Positions 56,175 to 64,000 of a DNA stretch of 64,000 nt are shown one piece after another. Both the position numbers and the translations under genes were made by a program. The DNA is taken from positions 1,295 to 65,294 of the IMG/VR virus record IMGVR_UViG_3300037807_000296; one strand, written 5' to 3'. Positions within the stretch are counted from its first letter, which is position 1. Every line of letters begins with the position of its first letter. Origin of the DNA: a virus (lineage: Duplodnaviria; Caudoviricetes). The notes beneath the pieces are model-generated. The model made no database searches, was not told the DNA's origin, and was given only the letters and a program-made list of their open reading frames with translations.

Positions 56175-56441
56175 GTGTTAACATCAAGAAGTTACGATGG
56201 ATGAAGCTTCTCTGTGATTCTAATCATTATTATACCACATTACTCCACTAGAAAGAAAATATTTTAAGTTGAAAATAACTGTTGTCTTTTATCATTTTCT
56301 AGTGTATAATAGACATACAATAAATGGAGATATTAATATGTATGATTTTATGGCGGTGTTTTTAGGTTTGATAATTTTCACTAGTGTTATAGTTATTAGT
56401 TTGAAGAGTATTGGTTTCAATAAAATATTAGGAGTACAATT

Positions 56442-56912
56442 ATGAGTACAAATGCTTTAGTTGGTATTTTGAATGAAGATGGAACTATTGAATCGATATA
56501 CAATCATTGTGATGGTGATTCACTGTTAGATGTATTAAAAGATGATTATACTGATGAAGATAGTGTTCGAAGTATGTTAGCACGAGGAGATGCATCTAGT
56601 TTATATGAAACTAAAAGAGGTTGGTTTGATTGGAATAATTATGTTTACTTCTACCTTTTTGAACCAGAAGAATGTGAATGGACTATGTATGATTCGCATG
56701 GTATCGTTATAAAGTCTATATGGGTTGGTGATTTATCAAAAGAGAGGATATTTTCAGATGATATATCTTGTAACGTAAATGAAACATTGAAAGAACAGAT
56801 GATCATCAAAGCAATGGAAGCATTAATTGTTAAAAGTGGGTATTATTGTGATATTGGTATAGATGCTGTTAATGCAGTTAATAGAACTTTAGAGGCGATG
56901 GCTGATGATTAA
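56442..56912 (+). CDS. Conserved phage early protein
   Basis: MST.A.VG...SIYNHCDG and YVYFY motifs; SD AGGAG. Confidence 0.62.
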   Translation: MSTNALVGILNEDGTIESIYNHCDGDSLLDVLKDDYTDEDSVRSMLARGDASSLYETKRGWFDWNNYVYFYLFEPEECEWTMYDSHGIVIKSIWVGDLSKERIFSDDISCNVNETLKEQMIIKAMEALIVKSGYYCDIGIDAVNAVNRTLEAMADD

Positions 56913-57120
56913 ATTGATGGGATGGTCACTCGTTGTTATGTTTTTAATCGCTGGACTTACTAATTATGGGTTTGTTGATTTATCTAATGGAATTTTTAGA
57001 TTGGAGGTTGATTTTAATTTTATGATGGAGATTTATAATGATATTTGATATGCTTATATTTGTAATAGTTATGTTGATTATCACTTGGGTATTTCTAGGT
57101 TCAAATGGAGGAGGTACAGT

Positions 57121-58416
57121 ATGAATATTAAAGATATACTAAATGCGTTGACAGTAACAAGTAAGAAAACTGAGAAACTTGCTATTCTAAATGAACACAA
57201 AGATAATGAGTTACTTAAACAAGTTTTTAAGTATGCACTCGATCCTATGATTACATTCGGCATTAAAAAAATTCCGTCTTATCTAAATGCAGAAGAATCA
57301 TATAATCTTGAAGATTCATTTATTACACTCGAATTACTTATTAGTAGAGAGCTTACTGGTAATGCTGCTATTGATGCATTGAGTAAAGAGTTATCTGAAC
57401 AATCTTCTTTAAATGCTCCGATTCTTGAAATGATTATTAAGAAGGATCTTAGATGTGGTGTATCATATAAAACAGTAAACAAGGTATGGGGAAATGATTT
57501 CATTAAGGAATTCCCTGTTATGTTAGCTTCATCATTTAATGAGAAGAATCTAGCTAGAATTGATTTTGAAAGGGGTATATTAGCGCAAACGAAAATGGAT
57601 GGAGGGCGTTTAGAAGTTATCGTAGATGGAGGTGATATAACTTGTTACACTCGTAATGGTCGTGTTATTGATATAACATCACAATTCTCTGATCTACCTT
57701 TTGGACGATACGTTATAGATGGAGAGTTGTTAGCTTACGAAGATAATATAATTCTTGATAGGAAGACTGGTAATGGTATCATGAATAGTTGTATAGCTTT
57801 CACAGCTTCTGATAAAGATAAATTGAAAATGAAAATGGTTGCTTGGGATATTGTTCCTTTGGATGATTTTTGGAAAGGGAAGTATAATAAAGGAGCAGAG
57901 GAACGTCTTGATGATCTAAAGGGTATGGTTGAAGAATGTGTGAATGTATCTACAATTGATAATATTATTATTTACACTCATGAACAAGCTCAAGAATTAT
58001 ATAAGATTAAAGTTGCTGAGGGAGAAGAAGGTATAATACTCAAAAATCGAGATTCTATTTGGGAGAATCGACGAAGTCGTGATTGTGTGAAAATGAAAGA
58101 AGTGTTAGATATTGATTTGAAAATTACAGGTCTAAATGAAGGTTCTGGGCGGCATAAAGGGCGTTTGGGATCAATATCTGTGACTGATGCTTCTGATACG
58201 CTTAGAGTGGATGTTGGAACTGGATTATCAGATGCTCAACGAACGTTATTCTGGGATCGAAGGGATGAGTTGATTGGGAGTATAATTGAGGTTCAGTATA
58301 ATGCTATCATCAATAGTAAAGGTAAAAAAGCACCTTCTCTATTCCTTCCAGTGTTTGTAGAATTGCGAAAGGATAAGAGTTTACCTAATAATATTGGATA
58401 TAATAGCGATAAATAA
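57121..58416 (+). CDS. 30: ATP-dependent DNA ligase gp30
   Basis: TKMDG, IDGEL, EGIILK, VKMK, VGTG, SLFLPVF; SD GGAGG before ATG 57121. Confidence 0.96.
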   Translation: MNIKDILNALTVTSKKTEKLAILNEHKDNELLKQVFKYALDPMITFGIKKIPSYLNAEESYNLEDSFITLELLISRELTGNAAIDALSKELSEQSSLNAPILEMIIKKDLRCGVSYKTVNKVWGNDFIKEFPVMLASSFNEKNLARIDFERGILAQTKMDGGRLEVIVDGGDITCYTRNGRVIDITSQFSDLPFGRYVIDGELLAYEDNIILDRKTGNGIMNSCIAFTASDKDKLKMKMVAWDIVPLDDFWKGKYNKGAEERLDDLKGMVEECVNVSTIDNIIIYTHEQAQELYKIKVAEGEEGIILKNRDSIWENRRSRDCVKMKEVLDIDLKITGLNEGSGRHKGRLGSISVTDASDTLRVDVGTGLSDAQRTLFWDRRDELIGSIIEVQYNAIINSKGKKAPSLFLPVFVELRKDKSLPNNIGYNSDK

Positions 58417-58450
58417 AAGGGTAATATATTAATAACTAAGGATACTATTC

Positions 58451-58687
58451 ATGCACAATTTCAGTAACATTATAGACAAAATATTAGAAGATTCAACTGA
58501 TATTCAAACATTTTCATCACAATCTGATGACTATTACTGGGAGCAATTAGATCCTACAACAGAACAACGGTTTAGAATTCCGATGCTTAGCACTGATAAT
58601 TTTGAATATTATGATACTTATATCAAATATATGAAGCTAAGAGAAGCGAATCCAGAACAATTTGAAAGATTGATGGCGTGGAGTTAA
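58451..58687 (+). CDS. Hypothetical late protein
   Basis: GATAAATA at 58408, SD AAGGA. Confidence 0.55.
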   Translation: MHNFSNIIDKILEDSTDIQTFSSQSDDYYWEQLDPTTEQRFRIPMLSTDNFEYYDTYIKYMKLREANPEQFERLMAWS

Positions 58688-58688
58688 A

Positions 58689-61577
58689 ATGAAAAAATTT
58701 AGAGATTTTAATTCTGCGGATGAAGTATCAGTAAACGAAGTTGTAGTTAAAGGAATTTTCAAAAGAAAAAATACAGGACTTAATATAAATAGTAAAAATT
58801 TAGTTAAATTCTTCCATTCTATTGCTGGAAAAGAGTTTAGAAGTTTCAGAGATCCTGAGTTCCATAACGTATTTAATGATTATTTTAAATTAGATCCTAG
58901 AATCAAGACATTTTATAAAGATGAAGTTGCTTACTTCTTTAAGCATTTCGCTACAAAAATTCATAATAAAAAAATCTCTATTAATGTTATTCCCAGTAAA
59001 GTGGATGACAATGTCAAAGTGAAGGTATCACAGTTATCTAAAGGTAAAGTTAAGAAACTAAAGATCCCATCAGCAATCAAAGGAGATAAAATAGAGAAGT
59101 TCGCTAAAACAGTCCTTAAAAATATGATGGGTACCAGCAAAGGTAGATTATTATTAACTGGTGATCCTGGCACAGGTAAAACGAGTTCAGTTCAAACTGT
59201 TATGTCGTTGTTGCGTATGAATGTGATTACAATTGAAGCTCCTCATGTATCAGAAGAGCACATCATTAACGTTCCTTATCTCGTTAAACGTGGTGTAGCT
59301 GATACTAAACATGAATCATCATTTGAGGAAATTGGGTCATCATTTGAAGTTGTTAATGCTGATTCAAATCTAATCACAACACTTAGAAAAGCAAAACCAA
59401 TCAAAGATGTTGAATATGAAAAATTCCTTAAAGCTAATAGAGCATTAGCTCCTTTAGCAGCACAGTTAAAAAATGTAATTGCTTCGTTAAATTATACTAA
59501 TGTATTGTTCATTGATGAGTTCTTCCGTTCAGGATCCACTAGGATTCAGAATTTATTCAGAACTATATTGAATGGTAAGATTGGTACTACTGCGATCCCA
59601 GCTAATACATATATCATTTACTCATCTAATATGGATGATTCTGATGGTTCCTTGGACGGTATAGCATTAAACCAGCAATTCCAAGAGGTTGAGTTTGATA
59701 AACCTGAAGCTGCTGGTTTCATGACATATATGGCTGATAAGTTCACTAATATTGATCCAATAACCGGTGAAGAAATAGGTGATAAACAGGATCCCATTAC
59801 ACCTGAAGTGTATAATGCGTTTATTGATGCACTCAAAGATGAAGAAATGGGTGTTAAAGATAAATCTACAGAAGCTGAAATTAGAGTGTCACCGAGACGT
59901 TGGGAAGAAATTATCAAATATGTGAATGCTAATATACCAGCATCAAGTAATATAGCAGCTAATAGACTGTTGACGTATATTAGAGATAATATGAAAGATT
60001 ATGAGACTGGAGAATTATCTAGTTTATATCCTAAATATGCTGATCTAGTTAAGAAATTGATTACTGATTCATCTGATATTAATGCTGAAGATATCGTTGT
60101 TATAGAAGATGAAGATTGGAGAGATAATCTTTCTGGTCAGATTGAATCTAAGTTGAAGATGGGTAACGATCGTAAATATGTTCCTATCATATCTGGAAAA
60201 CCAGGCTTAGGTAAGACAACGATTATTGATAATATATGTGAAACATACTCACTCAAGAAGATTGATATTGATTGCTCTGTATTAAATTCAGAAGATGTAA
60301 TCGGATTAACTACTCCATCAACTAATGGGGGTGTAACAACAACAGAGTTTACAACACCTCCTCTACATGCTCAAATCATGGCTGATTATGATGAATCAAT
60401 AGAGCCTGTAAACGGTTATAAGTATACTCATATACTATTCTTAGATGAGATTACTCGTGTTGCTACTCCATCAGTCTTTAATGGTATCAGAGCTTTGATA
60501 CTAGATAAGAAAGTAGGTCAAGTTGAAATCCCTAAAGATATTATGATTGTAGGAGCTATGAATCCAGTAGATGTAGGTGCGGAAACCTTAACTGATCATA
60601 TGAAAGATGTAGTGGATATCGTAACAGCTGAAGCTAATTACATTAAATTATTTCAATATTTCAAAAGTGTAACTGTATACAAGAATAACAAAGATACAAT
60701 TGGATTTGATATTAGTCCCGTTGTATCAGAAGTATTCGATGGTATCGTTGATACATTTAAATCAGATGTTGATCCAGATGGAAATACTTTGAATGTTAAT
60801 GATGGACATTTCTATTGGACTGATGGTTTCAATGTTGTATATGTATCACCTCGTGAATTTGATGATATGATGATCGGTAGTATTGAGAATGTTGTAAGTG
60901 CTTTGATCATTGATGGGTATGATAGCGATGTTAATTACAGTGACGTTGAATCTGATGAATATATCAATGTTATAATCGATGCTGTTAAAGAAACAATGGT
61001 TGGTGCATTTAAGTTTATTATCAGCAAACACAATTTAGTGGATACTGAGTTTATGAGTAAATTTGATTTGTATATTCAAACCACTTTATCTAGTCAATAT
61101 ACTGTTATAGAGGAATTGATGAATAGTATTCAATCTGAAGCTATTGTATCAATGAGAGGTATATTCAATGATTCTGAGTCTATTGAGGAGTTGCTTAATT
61201 ATGACGGTGTTAAAGATATTTTAGAGACTATAATCGATACTAATGATGTTGATATTATCATCAATGAGATTAGTGATGTTCTCATAGAGAAATCACAAAC
61301 CAATGATATTGCTGTTATATTTGATAATCTACTCGATATTAGAAAGTTGCTGATGAAGGTTGATTGGTCGAAATATAGTGGAGAGATTACAAATGGATTG
61401 AGTAATAAATTCATTGAGATGATCTTAAAACCGTTAATGAATAAGATCCTTAAAAATGATGGTATGTATAATGATATACCGTTCATTGATTATATGACGA
61501 ATATATACACTCGATACGATGAATTGATATCGATGATTGATATGGCAAAAGAAAATAAAAATAATATGTTTATATAA
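58689..61577 (+). CDS. Tandem double AAA+ ATPase (MoxR/dynein-related)
   Basis: GDPGTGKT/LFIDE and GKPGLGKT/LFLDE; two SPR sensor motifs. Confidence 0.88.
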   Translation: MKKFRDFNSADEVSVNEVVVKGIFKRKNTGLNINSKNLVKFFHSIAGKEFRSFRDPEFHNVFNDYFKLDPRIKTFYKDEVAYFFKHFATKIHNKKISINVIPSKVDDNVKVKVSQLSKGKVKKLKIPSAIKGDKIEKFAKTVLKNMMGTSKGRLLLTGDPGTGKTSSVQTVMSLLRMNVITIEAPHVSEEHIINVPYLVKRGVADTKHESSFEEIGSSFEVVNADSNLITTLRKAKPIKDVEYEKFLKANRALAPLAAQLKNVIASLNYTNVLFIDEFFRSGSTRIQNLFRTILNGKIGTTAIPANTYIIYSSNMDDSDGSLDGIALNQQFQEVEFDKPEAAGFMTYMADKFTNIDPITGEEIGDKQDPITPEVYNAFIDALKDEEMGVKDKSTEAEIRVSPRRWEEIIKYVNANIPASSNIAANRLLTYIRDNMKDYETGELSSLYPKYADLVKKLITDSSDINAEDIVVIEDEDWRDNLSGQIESKLKMGNDRKYVPIISGKPGLGKTTIIDNICETYSLKKIDIDCSVLNSEDVIGLTTPSTNGGVTTTEFTTPPLHAQIMADYDESIEPVNGYKYTHILFLDEITRVATPSVFNGIRALILDKKVGQVEIPKDIMIVGAMNPVDVGAETLTDHMKDVVDIVTAEANYIKLFQYFKSVTVYKNNKDTIGFDISPVVSEVFDGIVDTFKSDVDPDGNTLNVNDGHFYWTDGFNVVYVSPREFDDMMIGSIENVVSALIIDGYDSDVNYSDVESDEYINVIIDAVKETMVGAFKFIISKHNLVDTEFMSKFDLYIQTTLSSQYTVIEELMNSIQSEAIVSMRGIFNDSESIEELLNYDGVKDILETIIDTNDVDIIINEISDVLIEKSQTNDIAVIFDNLLDIRKLLMKVDWSKYSGEITNGLSNKFIEMILKPLMNKILKNDGMYNDIPFIDYMTNIYTRYDELISMIDMAKENKNNMFI

Positions 61578-61620
61578 CACACACGATGCGGTATAATTAA
61601 ATGATAATTAAAGGTATTAT

Positions 61621-63546
61621 ATGAAGAATTTTTTAAGTGAGATTGCTGGAAGTGGTATTAAATCTCAGAAAGGTGTTACATTTTCAACATCAACAATGAG
61701 TACACCTTTCGTAGTCAATTTGATCAACAAAATATCAGACACGTCTGGTAAATCAGTTGCTACGATTAAAGCAGATGTACAATTTCAAAGTGAAATAGCT
61801 TTAGAAAAAATGAAAGATGGACCTGATAGATTCTATGCAGATGCTAGAAAGAATGTTATTGAAAGCATATTGTTTAGTATGATTAAAGAGATTGATCATA
61901 CAGAAAAATTCAATGTCGAAGAGTTTAAAATACTCTTTAATTATATTCTAGTTAAGAATAAGAATTTCCTCAAAATCAAAGATCCTATGACAGGTAAACG
62001 TGTTAAACTTAATATCATGTACACTCCTATGCCGTCCTTTGTGAAACAACCTGATTGGGTTAAAAACGTTGATACTGCATCAGCGTCTCCTGAGGGTGAT
62101 ATTGTATTTAATATTAACTTTATTAATCAATTAATCACATACGCTTCTTATAAAGAGATAAAACCGAAAGGTAGCATATACAAATCTAATGGTGGTTTAG
62201 TATCAGATAATTTAGCGTACATTGAGTTTCTAATTCTACATGAAATATATCATATCATACACGGAGATCATTTCTTTCAATCAAAGAAAGAAGGTATGAC
62301 ACCAATTGTCCAGAATTATTTAGGTGATTTCATCAGCAATGCTAATCTAGTTAAAGCTGGGTATGAGCAATTACCAATTGGATTATATTCATCTAATTAT
62401 AACTATGATAATTATACTACAATGAATGATATGCAGGATGATATTATAGAAGATATAGAATCTATGACTGATGTTCAGAAACAGAATGCTGACGATCAGA
62501 TGGATCATCATATGGATGATAATCATGAGAAGTTAGATTCTACATCTGATGGTCAAGATGGTCAAGATGGTCAAGATGGTCAAGATGGTCAAGATGGAGA
62601 ATCGCGAGATGATTTGTTGGATGATGCTATGAAAAAATCATCAGATGATATTGTTGATGCAGCTGATGAAATGACTGCTGATGAAATTGAAAATGCTATT
62701 AAGAAAATGAAAGAAGAACAGCAAAATGAATCTGCTGCAGATAGACGAAAATCAATTGACTCTCGAACTAAACGCGCTGAAGAGAGAGATAAAAACATCA
62801 AAGATCTTAATCAAAATTCTGATTTTAAACCTATCAACTGGCTTAAACTGCTACGAATGATGATTCCTAAAAAGAAAGTTAAAGAAGAGGAGTCTATAAC
62901 TAAGTTGAGTAGACGTACTAGAGCGTCTCTAGCAACAGCTAGCACTAACAGCAAGATCAGCATCAAAGCTGGTATAATCAAAGATGAGGAAAATGAACAA
63001 AATCTAATGTTTGTACTTGACTCTTCTGGGAGTATGAGTGGTATAATTGAAGATATTAGCATCGATATATTAAAGTTGATTGATAAGAGTAAATCTACAG
63101 GTGTGAAAAATGTGTATATTATCAGGTTTGACTCTGATTATGCTATGTATAAGGTTATTATAGATCCAAGAGGACGGAACCACACGTACATTGAGTTGAA
63201 GCGTCCTATGGATATTCTAACAAAAGATGGAAGTAGACTAGATTTTATCGGAACTACGAAACCCTTGAAAAATCTATTTAAATTATCATGGGGTGGTGGA
63301 ACAATTTTCCCTAAGGGAGTAGTTTTAATTATACAGAAACTACTGAAGATGAAATTCAATCAAGTTCTTTTCACTGATTCAGATATATTAACTGAAGAAA
63401 ATATTAAAATGCTGAATATAGCATCAAGAACTGGAACAAAACGACCATACTCATTTAATGTATTATTAGATAAAAAAGATACGTATGAACAAGTGTCCAA
63501 AGCATTAGGTGGACGATATAAGTATATGAGCTACATTAGTGATTAA
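61621..63546 (+). CDS. Metallopeptidase-like plus vWA domain protein
   Basis: LHEIYH, acidic (GQD)n linker, INW..LL, MIDAS DSSGS, GGGT, FTD. Confidence 0.85.
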   Translation: MKNFLSEIAGSGIKSQKGVTFSTSTMSTPFVVNLINKISDTSGKSVATIKADVQFQSEIALEKMKDGPDRFYADARKNVIESILFSMIKEIDHTEKFNVEEFKILFNYILVKNKNFLKIKDPMTGKRVKLNIMYTPMPSFVKQPDWVKNVDTASASPEGDIVFNINFINQLITYASYKEIKPKGSIYKSNGGLVSDNLAYIEFLILHEIYHIIHGDHFFQSKKEGMTPIVQNYLGDFISNANLVKAGYEQLPIGLYSSNYNYDNYTTMNDMQDDIIEDIESMTDVQKQNADDQMDHHMDDNHEKLDSTSDGQDGQDGQDGQDGQDGESRDDLLDDAMKKSSDDIVDAADEMTADEIENAIKKMKEEQQNESAADRRKSIDSRTKRAEERDKNIKDLNQNSDFKPINWLKLLRMMIPKKKVKEEESITKLSRRTRASLATASTNSKISIKAGIIKDEENEQNLMFVLDSSGSMSGIIEDISIDILKLIDKSKSTGVKNVYIIRFDSDYAMYKVIIDPRGRNHTYIELKRPMDILTKDGSRLDFIGTTKPLKNLFKLSWGGGTIFPKGVVLIIQKLLKMKFNQVLFTDSDILTEENIKMLNIASRTGTKRPYSFNVLLDKKDTYEQVSKALGGRYKYMSYISD

Positions 63547-64000
63547 AATAAATAGTAAAACACATTTACAGAATATTATCAATGAAAGATCTGATGATGC
63601 TGATCTTAATGACCTTGATGTTTCTAATGTTACTGATATGAGTAATGTGTTCATGCACTCTAAATTTAATGGTGATATAAGTGAGTGGGACATCTCTAAT
63701 GTTACTGATATGAGTGATATGTTCAATCAATCACCATTCAATGGTGATATAAGTGAGTGGAATGTTTCTAATGTTACTGATATGAGTTATATGTTTGGTA
63801 GTTCTAAATTCAATGGTGATATAGGTAAGTGGGATGTTTCTAATGTTACTGATATGAGATTTATGTTTAATAGTTCTAAATTCAATGGTGATATAAGTAA
63901 ATGGGATGTGTCTAATGTAACTAATATGAGTTATATGTTTGGTAGTTCTATATTTAATAATGATATAAGTAAATGGGATGTTTCTAATGTTACTGATATG
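63539..64000 (+). CDS. Second DUF285/BspA-like repeat protein, 3'-truncated by the window
   Basis: GTG start; N-terminus and 22-aa repeats paralogous to 51964..52611. Confidence 0.88.
   Translation, partial: MIKINSKTHLQNIINERSDDADLNDLDVSNVTDMSNVFMHSKFNGDISEWDISNVTDMSDMFNQSPFNGDISEWNVSNVTDMSYMFGSSKFNGDIGKWDVSNVTDMRFMFNSSKFNGDISKWDVSNVTNMSYMFGSSIFNNDISKWDVSNVTDM

Noticed and set aside
62548-62598. (GATGGTCAA)n microsatellite as a phase-variation switch
   Set aside because: The 9-bp unit keeps the frame and encodes the acidic linker typical of peptidase-vWA proteins.
927-63726. Numerous short antisense or overlapping ORFs in the track (e.g. 927..1121, 7081..7407, 10550..10801, 39506..39817, 48154..48360, 63505..63726)
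   Set aside because: They lie within well-supported genes or tRNAs and lack start signals or motifs.

Overview
AT-rich segment of a large T4-like (Straboviridae/Kyanoviridae-type) myovirus genome, almost all on the + strand. It runs through the replication module (gp47, 46, 45, 44, 62, regA, 43, uvsX, 41), a block of late-promoter-driven enzymes, tail-fibre/virion and small membrane genes, primase, class II RNR, topoisomerase II, RNase H, a DexA-like nuclease, an array of about 13 tRNAs, accessory genes and DNA ligase, and ends in a double-AAA/vWA pair. Main highlights: (1) an unannotated 40-codon leader ORF that uses all 20 amino acids and 33 different codons and overlaps alternative antiterminator/terminator hairpins, directly upstream of an ArfA-like small ORF and the tRNA array, which looks like a general translation-stress attenuator; (2) three genes split by trans-splicing inteins (uvsX with a 14-aa IntN, gp41, nrdJ), with an intact, absent and decayed intervening endonuclease respectively; (3) three paralogous antisense GIY-YIG nucleases with shuffled 21/23-aa repeat arrays and a shared upstream element; (4) about nine enzymes that start with a T4 capsid-targeting-like peptide; (5) a flagellin remnant plus flaG, an orphan capsid-protein paralog, atypical tRNAs and apparently leaderless replisome mRNAs. 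All family assignments come from recognising motifs by eye; no database searches were run.
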